Positions 10,028 to 19,991 are shown, counted from the stretch's first letter. The stretch is DNA of 64,000 bases from Anaerolineae bacterium (GCA_015490995.1 WFWT01000007.1:13671-77670), one strand, 5' to 3'. Program-made: numbers and translations. Notes: a model not told the origin generated them from the sequence alone.

Positions 10028-10981
10028 ATGTACACTCACACGTTTCGTGCCATGAACACCCGATTTCAACTGTGGTTGGACGCTTCAGTCGCAGACGCGC
10101 GGCCGGCCTTGCGCGCGGCGGAGACCTTCGTCCGTGAGGTAGAGCAGATCCTAAGTCGTTTTCTGCCGCACAGCGCGTTAAGTCGAGTAAACCGAGCTCC
10201 CGGTCGGTGGCACGTCGTCCCCCCGGTGATGGCTGCCGTGGTCCGGGAAGCGCTGATGTGGGCCGAACGCACCGGCGGGTTATTCGATCCAACGGTGCTG
10301 CCTGCCTTACACGCCGTCGGGTATACCCGTTCATTTGAGGAGCTGACCTGTAGTGGGGGGACGGAGGAAGAGAGGTACAGCTTATGGGGCAAGGTAGGCC
10401 GTTGGTCCGAAGTGCGACTGGAGGGAGAACGATTATACCTGCCCCCGGATACCGGCTTGGACCTGGGAGGTATTGCGAAAGAATGGGTCGCCGATCGGGT
10501 GGCCGAGCAACTCGCCCACTGGGGACCCTGTTTGGTAGATGCCGGTGGAGATGTGCGCGCAATCGGTGTTCCGGCCCTGTGGGGAATGTGGCCTGTAGCC
10601 ATCGCCCACCCTCTGGAGGCTAACCGTGACGTGCTCACAATGGGCCTTCGGGATGCGGGGCTGGCCACCTCTTCGCGGGCGCGACGTCGCTGGCGCGTGG
10701 GAGACCGGGAAGTCCATCACATCATTTATCCACCTACCGGCCAACCGGCACAGACACCGGTGCTCAGTGCCAGTGTGGTGGCAGACACGGCTGTCCAAGC
10801 CGGAGTAGGCAGCAAGATCGCGCTGATGCTGAACACGGAGTGTCATCCGGCACTCCGTGCCGTTCGGCCTTATGTGGTGGTCATGGTGTATGAAAACGGC
10901 GACGTTAAAACGTGGTGGGGAGAAGCATACCATGCGTCGACACAGACCGGTGACCGTGTTTTCCGCGACGCCCCATCCTGA
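10028..10981 (+). CDS. apbE: FAD:protein FMN transferase (ApbE family)
   Basis: AMNT, SRFLPHSALSRVN, GLFDPTV, LDLGGIAK, DAGGD, ATSS and HHII. Confidence 0.92.
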   Translation: MYTHTFRAMNTRFQLWLDASVADARPALRAAETFVREVEQILSRFLPHSALSRVNRAPGRWHVVPPVMAAVVREALMWAERTGGLFDPTVLPALHAVGYTRSFEELTCSGGTEEERYSLWGKVGRWSEVRLEGERLYLPPDTGLDLGGIAKEWVADRVAEQLAHWGPCLVDAGGDVRAIGVPALWGMWPVAIAHPLEANRDVLTMGLRDAGLATSSRARRRWRVGDREVHHIIYPPTGQPAQTPVLSASVVADTAVQAGVGSKIALMLNTECHPALRAVRPYVVVMVYENGDVKTWWGEAYHASTQTGDRVFRDAPS

Positions 10982-11627
10982 TGTGTGGGCCCGGTATCCC
11001 GGCCGTGTCATCGGACTTGGAGGCATGGGGCTTTTGGTCAGCGCAGCCATGTGGTTGGCCTTAACGTGGGCAACCGCCGGGATATCTCCGGATATGGTCC
11101 CCTGGTACGTGGTTCGGGCGGCCGGACTGGTTGCTTATGTTTTGCTGTGGATATCGGTCACTCTGGGACTCTGGATCAGTGGTGGGTGGACACCCCGGGC
11201 CAACGCCCAACTGGTCGCCCTGCATGAATTTGCTAGCCTGGTAGCCCTGAGCATGACGTTTCTACACGTGATTACCCTGCGGGCCGATGCCTATCTTCAA
11301 CCTTCGTGGATCCAGATATGGGTTCCCCTGGCCATGACCACGTATCGCCCCCTCGCGGTGGCGGCTGGCCAAATAGGATTTTATCTCATGGTTGCGGTTG
11401 TGTTATCATTTTACGTGCGACGTTGGATAGGCGCACGGGTGTGGCGTGGGCTGCACGCGATAACCTTTCTGTTATACGGACTCGTGCTGGTGCATGCGGT
11501 CGCGGCCGGCACCGAGAGTGCGACCCCTGTGTGGCAAGGAATCTACCTCGTAACCGGCGGATCGGTGTTGGTGTTGACGTACCTCCGCCTCGCGATCGGG
11601 CGTTCCGGTCGTGGACGCACTCGATAA
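10932..11627 (+). CDS. Ferric reductase-like (MsrQ-like) heme-binding membrane protein
   Basis: WYVVRAAGLVAY; conserved His pairs LH..FLH and WRGLH..LVH; about 6 TM segments. Confidence 0.85.
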   Translation: MRRHRPVTVFSATPHPDVWARYPGRVIGLGGMGLLVSAAMWLALTWATAGISPDMVPWYVVRAAGLVAYVLLWISVTLGLWISGGWTPRANAQLVALHEFASLVALSMTFLHVITLRADAYLQPSWIQIWVPLAMTTYRPLAVAAGQIGFYLMVAVVLSFYVRRWIGARVWRGLHAITFLLYGLVLVHAVAAGTESATPVWQGIYLVTGGSVLVLTYLRLAIGRSGRGRTR

Positions 11628-11662
11628 ATGTGAGCAATCTGGCAGACCACGGAGGAGACCCC

Positions 11663-12385
11663 ATGGTGGAGGCAGCACACATTTTGGTGGTAGACGACGA
11701 TGAAATGATCGTGGAACCCTTGGTATACGGCCTGGAACGCGAAGGCTTCCGGGTGGGTGTGGCCATGGACGGCGAAGAAGCTCTCCAGGCCGTGCGAGAC
11801 CAACAACCGGATGTCATCCTGCTGGATGTCATGTTGCCCAAACGCAGCGGGTTTGAGGTATTGCGCTTGCTACGTCATCAGGGAATAACCACACCTATTA
11901 TCATGCTCACCGCTCGTGGGCAGGAGATTGACAAAGTCATGGGCTTGGAGATGGGCGCGGACGATTACGTGGTCAAGCCTTTTAGCCTGCGCGAGATTAT
12001 CGCCCGCATTCGGGCCGTGCTGCGACGGCAGCGGCTGCTGGCGGGCCCTCCTCTTCCCCCTCAGGACCAGATCCAGATCGGCGAGATCACGATGGATAAA
12101 CGACGGCTCCAGGTTCGCAAGGGAGAGGATGTGATCCCCCTTTCGCCCCGGGAGTTTGACCTCCTGCGGGTATTGATGGAAAACGCCGGTCGTACCCTGA
12201 CCCGTCAACAGTTGCTGGACTGGGTGTGGGGTGAGTCCTGGGTGGGTGATCCGCGAACTTTGGATGTACATATTCACTGGCTGCGCGAAAAGCTGGAAGA
12301 CAACCCAAGGCGCCCTCGATATATCCTCACCGTTCGCGGAGTAGGCTATCGCTTCGCAGATGAAGAGGACCTTCATTCCTCTTGA
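11663..12385 (+). CDS. OmpR/PhoB-family response regulator
   Basis: ILVVDDD, LLDVMLP, GADDYVVKPF and winged helix LTVRGVGY; GGAGG RBS. Confidence 0.95.
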   Translation: MVEAAHILVVDDDEMIVEPLVYGLEREGFRVGVAMDGEEALQAVRDQQPDVILLDVMLPKRSGFEVLRLLRHQGITTPIIMLTARGQEIDKVMGLEMGADDYVVKPFSLREIIARIRAVLRRQRLLAGPPLPPQDQIQIGEITMDKRRLQVRKGEDVIPLSPREFDLLRVLMENAGRTLTRQQLLDWVWGESWVGDPRTLDVHIHWLREKLEDNPRRPRYILTVRGVGYRFADEEDLHSS

Positions 12386-12526
12386 GAAGGCCGCCAAAAC
12401 ATTGCCGGTCACGCCACATTCTGACAAGCCGTGGTGAGAACGAGGGCAACGACTGATCCCCCCACCCGTTCATCTCTTTTCGCTCGCCTCTCGATTTGTC
12501 AGTCCATCAGGCGGACATCTCGGGCT

Positions 12527-12564
12527 CTTAAAGTGACCTTAAAGTGACATTACCAGAGCGTTAA
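12527..12564 (+). promoter_or_regulatory. Four tandem 11-bp-period boxes (OmpR-type site)
   Basis: CTTAAAGTGAC CTTAAAGTGAC ATTACCAGAGC GTTAA. Confidence 0.7.
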
Positions 12565-12658
12565 CCTCCCCTCCTTACATTCGCGCATAACATAGGGTGT
12601 GATGATTCGGATGGGATGTAAGAGCGTTACCTGTCCGAGCACACGTGGGAGGTGGAAC

Positions 12659-13351
12659 ATGAACCGCACAGTTCTTATGAGCATGGTTGCCGCGCTCACG
12701 GCTCTGGTGTTGACGGCAGCGTTTCTCCTGGGTGCCCGCCGTTCGGGCAACGACGTTGCAGCCGTCGGCGTCGAAGGAACACCGGTCCCCCTGGCTGCAC
12801 CCACAACCACCTTATCCGGCCGGGATATGAATACCCTCCCGACCTCGGTGGAAGCCGTCCGACAAGTGTACCAGCAACAACTGGATGTTCAAGTGGAGCA
12901 AATCCGGCAGATGTACCAGCGACAATTGGAGGAACAATTGGAGCAATTGCGAGCAGAGTACGAGCGGCAACTTGAATCCCAGCTCCAACAGGGCTATCAG
13001 CAACCGCCTGGCCAGGAAATGTCACCTCAACGAGAGGAGGCCCTTCGTCAAGCCTACGAGGCACAGATCCGCGCGCTCCAGGCTGCCTGGCAACAGCGTG
13101 AGCAGGCGTATCAGGCCCAGCTTCAGGAAGCCATTCGACGATTGGAGGCGGCTAACGCGCAGATTCAGGCCCTTCAGCAAACGCCAAGGAATGCTTCTAC
13201 CCTCGGCCCCGTACCAGCATCTGACGAGGAAGCTCCAGGAGCTTATTACTCGGATCGGGATGATGACGATGATGAGCGTTGGGAGTACCGCCGCGGAGTG
13301 TATCAGGAGGAGGACGATGGCGAATGGGAAGACGAGCGGGATGACGACTGA
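12659..13351 (+). CDS. Hypothetical membrane-anchored or secreted Q/E-rich coiled-coil protein with an acidic tail
   Basis: GGAGG RBS, N-terminal hydrophobic helix, YQQQL/YQRQL/YERQL repeats, D/E-rich C-terminus. Confidence 0.75.
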   Translation: MNRTVLMSMVAALTALVLTAAFLLGARRSGNDVAAVGVEGTPVPLAAPTTTLSGRDMNTLPTSVEAVRQVYQQQLDVQVEQIRQMYQRQLEEQLEQLRAEYERQLESQLQQGYQQPPGQEMSPQREEALRQAYEAQIRALQAAWQQREQAYQAQLQEAIRRLEAANAQIQALQQTPRNASTLGPVPASDEEAPGAYYSDRDDDDDERWEYRRGVYQEEDDGEWEDERDDD

Positions 13352-13823
13352 GCGGCCTCACCCTCAGAAGCGACGCCGTCGTAAGGAGAACACGTTCTGG
13401 CAGGCATTGCTGCTGGCCTTAACCCTAGGGGGGTATGTGTTCCTTGTGGGCCTGTTAGGACGGTTGGACGCGGCCGACCAATGCCCCGCCGACTGCCCTC
13501 CGGAGGAATTGGAGCCTCGAACGATCCGGCTCGAGGGCGTAGCGACGGTGCCACCTTTGCGGGTAGTGGTGCCCCCCTTGGCAGTTACACCGGTGCCGCT
13601 AGCATATGGCGAAGCCCCTGGGCGGGGAAACACGTCCGGTACGCCGGCGGACATCCCCCGCCCGGTGGGCAGCGCTTCCCCAGAAGTGCCGGGAGCCCCT
13701 GCCGTCAGCCCGGCCTGGTTACCCCCTCCGCCGCTACAGTGGCAGCCGTTGCCCACGGTGGTGCCGACGCAACCGATGCCCGTTTTTCGTCCCGCACCGG
13801 TCGTGCGCAGCCGAGGCTCTTGA
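13341..13823 (+). CDS. Hypothetical single-TM Pro-rich protein ending VVRSRGS
   Basis: ATG overlaps the previous stop; KRRRRK followed by a TM helix, CPADC and a Pro-rich linker. Confidence 0.65.
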   Translation: MTTERPHPQKRRRRKENTFWQALLLALTLGGYVFLVGLLGRLDAADQCPADCPPEELEPRTIRLEGVATVPPLRVVVPPLAVTPVPLAYGEAPGRGNTSGTPADIPRPVGSASPEVPGAPAVSPAWLPPPPLQWQPLPTVVPTQPMPVFRPAPVVRSRGS

Positions 13824-13964
13824 GGTAAACTCCCTGTGAACGGGCCGACAAAGGTTCTGTAGCGCGATTAAGGGATGCCGTCGTTCTGGCCTGGGGCCAG
13901 GTAATACCGGGGGTCTTTTAAAGAGTGGCGCGTGGTCCACGCGGAAGGGGGAAAATAACGGCCG

Positions 13965-15443
13965 ATGAAGTGGTTGGCAGTCACGGGATGGCGTCGGTTA
14001 AAGAGCTTTTGGGCCGATCGAAGTCTGGCGACCAAATTTGTGTCCGTCTATTTCCTGGTAGGACTGTTGATCGTAGTAGCCCTCACCTGGCGCTCCGGCA
14101 GTCAGCTGGCCACGGCCCTCGAAGAGGAAATGGAACACGAGCTGGAGATCGAAGCCTTCATCATTGCCGGCACGCTGGGCAAAGACTTCGAGGACATGCT
14201 CGAATACGGCCGTTCACCCTCGCAGATCCTCACCCTCATACATCAGTTCGGCGAAGGAACGGACAGCCGCATTACCTTTTACGATGTACAGTTAAACCTT
14301 GTGTTCAGCACCGATCCCAACGTACGTCCCCATCGGGCCTCGCTGACGCCGGAATTGGCCGCCGCGCTGCGCAACAGTGAGCAACACGACATCCGCATGG
14401 ACCCGTGGACCCAGGAGATGCGCCTCTACGTGGCCGCGCCGGTGTACCAGGAAGAGGACCTGATGGGACTATTACAGATATCCATACCCTGGCAACGGGT
14501 GCAGGATCGCATTAACAGCGAGTGGGGTCGGCTAATTGTCACCGGACTGCTTGCCATCTTGGCTAACACACTGCTCAGCCTGTGGCTGGCATGGAGTATT
14601 GTGCGTCCCCTGCAGCAGGTCACCCAAGCAGCCCGAGCCATTGCCGGTGGACATCTGGACCGGCGTGTGCCTGTGCCGGGCAAGGATGAAGTGGGGATGT
14701 TGGCCGTTGCCTTCAACGAAATGGCCGAACGGTTGCAGGAAATGATCGCGCGGGAACGGCTGTTCATTGCCAACGCGTCCCACGAACTGCGCAGCCCGTT
14801 GACCAGCCTGAAACTGCGCGCTGAGATGCTGCGGGAAGGTCGCCTTCCCCCAGAGCGACAACGTCGGTACATCATGGAATTGGAGAAAGAGGCCGAACGC
14901 CTACACGCCCTGGCCAACCGGCTGTTGGACCTGAGTCGTCTGCAGTTGCGCCCGGAAACGGAGGTGTTGGAACCTGTGGATGTCATGCCTATTGCACGGG
15001 ATGTCGTCGAAACTCTCTCCTTGCGGGCCGGCCGTAAGGATGTACAGTTACGCTTGCACGCGCCCCAACAGCTGCCCAAAGTACGGGCCTCCGCTGACGG
15101 CTTACGGGAAATCCTGGTAAACCTAATCGACAATGCCATTAAACACACCCCTGCCGGCGGTAGCGTGGACGTCGTCCTTACGCCAGAGCCCCCTTACTTG
15201 CGCATGGAAGTGAAGGATACGGGCAGAGGGATTCCCCCTGAGGATCTGCCGCACATCTTTGAACCCTTTTACCGGGTGGACAAAGCGCGACGCCGCCAAG
15301 ATGGCGGTAGTGGCCTGGGCTTGACGATTGTCAAACGGCTGGTGGACTTGTTCCACGGTCGCATTGAGGTGTACAGCTCTCCGGGTGAGGGTACCGTGTT
15401 CGTTGTGCGGATTCCCTTTGAGTCCGCATCTGCCACCTCTTGA
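13965..15443 (+). CDS. HAMP-domain sensor histidine kinase
   Basis: Two TM segments, HAMP, ASHELRSPL H-box, NLIDNAIK, DTGRGI and GSGLGL. Confidence 0.95.
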   Translation: MKWLAVTGWRRLKSFWADRSLATKFVSVYFLVGLLIVVALTWRSGSQLATALEEEMEHELEIEAFIIAGTLGKDFEDMLEYGRSPSQILTLIHQFGEGTDSRITFYDVQLNLVFSTDPNVRPHRASLTPELAAALRNSEQHDIRMDPWTQEMRLYVAAPVYQEEDLMGLLQISIPWQRVQDRINSEWGRLIVTGLLAILANTLLSLWLAWSIVRPLQQVTQAARAIAGGHLDRRVPVPGKDEVGMLAVAFNEMAERLQEMIARERLFIANASHELRSPLTSLKLRAEMLREGRLPPERQRRYIMELEKEAERLHALANRLLDLSRLQLRPETEVLEPVDVMPIARDVVETLSLRAGRKDVQLRLHAPQQLPKVRASADGLREILVNLIDNAIKHTPAGGSVDVVLTPEPPYLRMEVKDTGRGIPPEDLPHIFEPFYRVDKARRRQDGGSGLGLTIVKRLVDLFHGRIEVYSSPGEGTVFVVRIPFESASATS

Positions 15444-15657
15444 GGGAAGCCATGCACGAGCAGGCTCACCCGGCCTCCGTCCTCGCGTCGTGACCGTAAT
15501 GACAGGTTCGTTGCCGGCGTGGGAATCTCTCCCTTAGGTCCTGGGCTCCCTCGCGAACCTGCGCTATAATTATGGAGGGCATTCGGAAACTTACCGTGTC
15601 CGCCTTTCGGCACTCTTCCCTCTTCGCAGATGGATAGAAGCAGGAGAGCGACCTGTT

Positions 15658-15681
15658 CCCTATCCCCAATTGGGGATAGGG
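15658..15681. repeat. Perfect 24-bp palindrome in the ftsK leader
   Basis: CCCTATCCCCAATTGGGGATAGGG equals its reverse complement. Confidence 0.85.
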
Positions 15682-15804
15682 GGATGGAGAACGTGAAGAA
15701 CACGGGGGTCCGAACGTTCTCTTAACGATGACACCGTTGCGGACTGTATTCCGGTGTCCTTCAGCAAGCCGGCGGGCGTTCAGGTCACACGCTGAGGCAA
15801 AAGC

Positions 15805-18495
15805 ATGGTAGCAAAGAAGTCCCAGCGCAAAAGCAAAAGCAAAGCCAAGCGTAGCCGACGCTCCTCTCGCAAACGCCGCTCCGGCGGAGGGACGTGGGAG
15901 TGGCCGGATATGTCCTGGTTGTTCAGCCCGTTGCTCTGGGCTATTTTGATGTTCACCTTCGCCATCCTTACGGTAGGCACCTTCCTCTCCCAGCAGCCGG
16001 GCACCCTTCTCCTCTGGTGGCATGAACGACTTCGGCGTCTGGTGGGGAACGCGATTTATCTCGTACCTCTGGCCAGCCTGATGGTAGGCTGGTGGTTGTT
16101 GCGCTACAGTGTGGCGGGGGAAGAGGACGAAGAGGCTATGCCGTCCCCCACGTGGCGCGTTGTGGGCGTGGGGCTGGTGTTGGCCGGCGTGGCCGCCGCC
16201 TTTCATCTCTTCTCCTTTAGCCCCGACCCTGTGGCACTGGCAGAAGCCGGTGGGGGCGGTGGCGTGGTGGGGCTGGTGGTCAGCGATATGTTGGTGCGCA
16301 GCTTGGGGCCCTGGTTGGCCATTCCTGTGCTGGCCGGCCTGATCCTGGTGGGGGCCATGTTGGCGCTGGCAGCCTCCCTGACCGACCTGGTACACGCGGT
16401 GCGCTATCTTATACGCCTGGCACGCGGGGCCCCTGCTCCTGCGGAGAGTGATGAACTCCCCCCTTGGGAACCGATCCCTTCTGTGGACACGGAACCGCCG
16501 GCGCCCTCCTGGTGGCAGCGACTCCGAGCACGCCTTCCCTTCGGGCGTCGACCCCATTCCCCAGCGGAGATACCGACCCGCATTATTGGTGAAGAACAGG
16601 TTACCGACACGCCCACGGTCAGCCCCTACGTGCCCGTAGACGAAATGAGCCCGCCTGAGCCCGCCATTACCGAATCCGCCCCGCCTCCGGCTTCGCCCGC
16701 GGCGGCACCGGCAACCACGATGTCGCCTGCACAACCAAAGCCCCGGCGTTCTATTGAAACTGAGATGTCAGGGCAACCCTGGCAGTTGCCCGACGTTCAC
16801 AGCTTGTTTGAAGACACGGAAGAAGGGGACATGAGCGCGGAGGAGATCCGCCAGCGGAGTCGCATTATCGAGGAAACCCTTGCTTCTTTTGGGGTGCCGG
16901 CACGGGTGGTGGAGGTCAACCGCGGGCCTACGGTAACGCAGTTTGGCGTTCAGCCGGGATACATTGAACGGGTGGACCGCAAGACGGGAACGATCCGGCG
17001 GGAACGCGTGAAGGTGTCCCGCATTGTAGCCCTGCAGAACGACCTGGCCTTGGCCCTGGCAGCAGCACCCATCCGCATCCAGGCCCCGGTACCCGGCAAG
17101 CCCTACATCGGCATCGAAGTGCCCAACAAGCGGGCCAGCATCGTAACCCTGCGCAGCATCCTCGAATCCGAGGTGTGGCATACTTTCAAGGGGCGTTTGA
17201 AGATTGCCCTTGGACGGGACGTGGCGGGCCAGCCCGTGGTGGCCGATTTAGCCCGTATGCCCCACCTGCTGATCGCCGGTGCGACCGGCTCCGGCAAGTC
17301 GGTCTGCATCAATGCCATCATTGCCTGTCTGATGGCCACCCACACTCCGGATGAAGTGCGCTTCGTGCTCATCGACCCCAAGCGGGTGGAACTGACGGTG
17401 TACAACGGCGTCCCGCACGTGATCGGTGACGTGGTCACGGATGTGGACCTGGTGGTTGACGTGTTACAGTGGGCCGTGCGGGAGATGGAGCGACGCTACC
17501 TGCTCTTCGCGGAAGCCCGCGTGCGGGACATTGTGCGTTATAACCGAAAAGTTCAAGGCAGCGAACAGGCACCGTTACCGTACATCGTCATCATCATCGA
17601 CGAGCTGGCGGACCTGATGCTCTCGTCACCTGATGAGGTGGAGCGGGCCATTGTCCGACTGGCGCAAATGGCCCGCGCAACCGGTATGCATTTAGTGGTG
17701 GCGACTCAACGTCCCAGTGTGGATGTGGTAACCGGTCTCATCAAGGCCAATTTCCCGGCCCGTATTGCCTTTGCCGTCACCTCCCAGATCGATTCCCGGG
17801 TCATCCTGGACACTCCGGGAGCGGAACAGCTCCTCGGGCAGGGTGACATGCTGTTCTTGCCCCCGGATTCGAGCAAACTGGCCCGCTTACAGGGCGTTTA
17901 CGTGTCCGACCGGGAGATACAGCGGTTGGTGGCCTTCTGGAAAGAACAGCGACGACCCACACCTCCGCCTGTGGCGGAGGGAATCCCGACGGCTACCGAA
18001 GGGGCATCGCCGGAAACGCCCGCCGAGGAAACACCAGCACCACCCCCGGCACCCTCGGATGCACCTACCGAGACCACGACTACAACACCGCCGGAGCAGC
18101 CTGCCCTCTGGGACGAGCTGTTGGAAGACCTCAAGGAAGAGCAACAGGCTCAGGGGCGTGATCCCCTCTTCGACGAGGCGGTACGGGTAGTACGGGAGGC
18201 CAACCGGGCCAGTATCTCCTTGCTCCAGCGGCGTTTGAAGATCGGATACGCCCGTGCAGGGCGACTCATCGACCAACTCGAGGAGGCAGGCATCATCGGG
18301 CCGGACCCCGGAGGCGGACGCTCACGCGTGGTGTATCCTCCGGAGACGCCTCCTGCCCCCAGCCCAGAGACCGCGCCTGAAGAGGATGCAGCGGATGACG
18401 CCACGTTTGCCAGTGAAGCACCGGGGGAACAGGCCACTTCTCAGGATGATCCCCCTCCTTCCCACAAACCCCGACGACCGCGTGTGTGGTTCTGA
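15805..18495 (+). CDS. ftsK: DNA translocase FtsK/SpoIIIE
   Basis: 4 N-terminal TM segments, HLLIAGATGSGKS, IIDELADLM, ATQRPSVD and gamma domain SISLLQRRLKIGYARAGR. Confidence 0.97.
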   Translation: MVAKKSQRKSKSKAKRSRRSSRKRRSGGGTWEWPDMSWLFSPLLWAILMFTFAILTVGTFLSQQPGTLLLWWHERLRRLVGNAIYLVPLASLMVGWWLLRYSVAGEEDEEAMPSPTWRVVGVGLVLAGVAAAFHLFSFSPDPVALAEAGGGGGVVGLVVSDMLVRSLGPWLAIPVLAGLILVGAMLALAASLTDLVHAVRYLIRLARGAPAPAESDELPPWEPIPSVDTEPPAPSWWQRLRARLPFGRRPHSPAEIPTRIIGEEQVTDTPTVSPYVPVDEMSPPEPAITESAPPPASPAAAPATTMSPAQPKPRRSIETEMSGQPWQLPDVHSLFEDTEEGDMSAEEIRQRSRIIEETLASFGVPARVVEVNRGPTVTQFGVQPGYIERVDRKTGTIRRERVKVSRIVALQNDLALALAAAPIRIQAPVPGKPYIGIEVPNKRASIVTLRSILESEVWHTFKGRLKIALGRDVAGQPVVADLARMPHLLIAGATGSGKSVCINAIIACLMATHTPDEVRFVLIDPKRVELTVYNGVPHVIGDVVTDVDLVVDVLQWAVREMERRYLLFAEARVRDIVRYNRKVQGSEQAPLPYIVIIIDELADLMLSSPDEVERAIVRLAQMARATGMHLVVATQRPSVDVVTGLIKANFPARIAFAVTSQIDSRVILDTPGAEQLLGQGDMLFLPPDSSKLARLQGVYVSDREIQRLVAFWKEQRRPTPPPVAEGIPTATEGASPETPAEETPAPPPAPSDAPTETTTTTPPEQPALWDELLEDLKEEQQAQGRDPLFDEAVRVVREANRASISLLQRRLKIGYARAGRLIDQLEEAGIIGPDPGGGRSRVVYPPETPPAPSPETAPEEDAADDATFASEAPGEQATSQDDPPPSHKPRRPRVWF

Positions 18496-18535
18496 TGTGT
18501 GCCCTTCAGCGAAAACGCTCCTGCCCGCGGTATGC

Positions 18536-18564
18536 TTGACAATCTCCCCGACCCGGGAGAGAAT
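18536..18564 (+). promoter_or_regulatory. sigma70-like promoter for tyrS
   Basis: TTGACA-N17-GAGAAT. Confidence 0.5.
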
Positions 18565-18676
18565 GAACCGTGCACCAGCGCCTCTGTCGGGTGACCGGTG
18601 AAGTGTTCGGTAGGCCGGCCTCCAACACCACACCTGGTAGGCCTATTACCCAGCACGTAAGGAGGAACAGCCATCC

Positions 18677-19963
18677 ATGAGTTCTCGGGAGACAGTGTGG
18701 GAGCCAACACCTCTGGCCCGGCGCATGAGCCTGGACGAGCAGGTCGCCTACCTAATGCAAGGATGTCAGTACGGGCCGGAAGCGGATCCTGACGCGGAAC
18801 AGCTGCAACAACGTATGGCCCAGGAGCTGCGGGAACGGTTGGCCGAGTCCATGCGCACCCGACGCCCTCTCCGGGTCTACCTGGGGGTGGACCCCCGGAC
18901 ATCGGACCTGCACCTTGGACACACGGTCCCTATGCGCAAGTTGCGCCAGTTCCAGGAGTTGGGCCACACCGCGATCTTCCTTATCGGCTCCTTTACCAGC
19001 CTGGTAGGTGACCCTAGTGACAAGGACCGGGCTCGTCAGCTGATGGACATGGAAACCGTGATGGCCAACGCCCGCACGTATACGGAACAAGCCTTTAAGA
19101 TCCTGGACCCCGAGAAGACGGTAATTGAGTACAACCACAAATGGTTGAGCGAGTTGAACTTTAAGGAGTTGATTCACCTTGCCTCTCACTTTACCGTCCA
19201 GCAATTTCTCGCGCGGGAAACCTTCCGCAAACGCTACGACCGTGGCGACGCGATCTTTTTACATGAGTTCTTCTACCCGCTCATGCAGGGATACGATGCG
19301 GTAGCCCTGCGTGCCGACGTACAAATTGGGGGGACAGACCAAATCTTTAACATTGTAGTGGCAGGCCGTAAGCTTCAGGAAGCCTTTGGCCAGCGGCCCC
19401 AGGTGGCCATTATTGTACCCATCCTTCCGGGAACGGACGGCGTCATCAAGATGAGCAAGAGCCTGGGCAACCACATTCCCATCCAGGCCCCTCCTGAGGA
19501 CATGTACGGCAAGATTATGAGCTTGCCCGATCACGTAATGATCACGTATTTCAAACTGGTTACCCGCTACAAACCGGACCAGATCGCCCGCATTGAACGC
19601 GAGCTTCAGGAAGGACGGCGCCACCCGCGCGATGTCAAGATGGAGCTGGCGCGCGAAATTGTGAGCATCTTTCACGGCGAAGAGGCCGCACAGCAGGCCG
19701 AGGCCCACTTCGTACGGGTGTTTCAACACCGTGAACTCCCTGAAGAGATCCCCGAATACCGGGTTGATGCTCCTCTCCGACTGGTGGACATCATTGCCCA
19801 GGCAGGGTTGACCCGCAGCAAGAGTGAAGCACGGCGCCTCATCCAGCAGGGCGGTGTGCGCCTGGACGGAGCTCAAGTGCTGGATACCGAGATGGTCTTT
19901 ACCCCTGACGGCCGATCTCATGTTCTAAGGGTGGGTAAACGGAAGTTCCTGCGCCTGGTGTGA
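18677..19963 (+). CDS. tyrS: Tyrosine--tRNA ligase
   Basis: HLGH, YPLMQGYD, GGTDQ, KMSKS and C-terminal S4 domain. Confidence 0.97.
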   Translation: MSSRETVWEPTPLARRMSLDEQVAYLMQGCQYGPEADPDAEQLQQRMAQELRERLAESMRTRRPLRVYLGVDPRTSDLHLGHTVPMRKLRQFQELGHTAIFLIGSFTSLVGDPSDKDRARQLMDMETVMANARTYTEQAFKILDPEKTVIEYNHKWLSELNFKELIHLASHFTVQQFLARETFRKRYDRGDAIFLHEFFYPLMQGYDAVALRADVQIGGTDQIFNIVVAGRKLQEAFGQRPQVAIIVPILPGTDGVIKMSKSLGNHIPIQAPPEDMYGKIMSLPDHVMITYFKLVTRYKPDQIARIERELQEGRRHPRDVKMELAREIVSIFHGEEAAQQAEAHFVRVFQHRELPEEIPEYRVDAPLRLVDIIAQAGLTRSKSEARRLIQQGGVRLDGAQVLDTEMVFTPDGRSHVLRVGKRKFLRLV

Positions 19964-19991
19964 TCTTATTAACAGCGATTGGTGGTTAAAT

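Noticed and set aside
18496..18676. T-box upstream of tyrS (and of metG)
   Set aside because: No GGTGGNACC T-box sequence, and the leaders are too short
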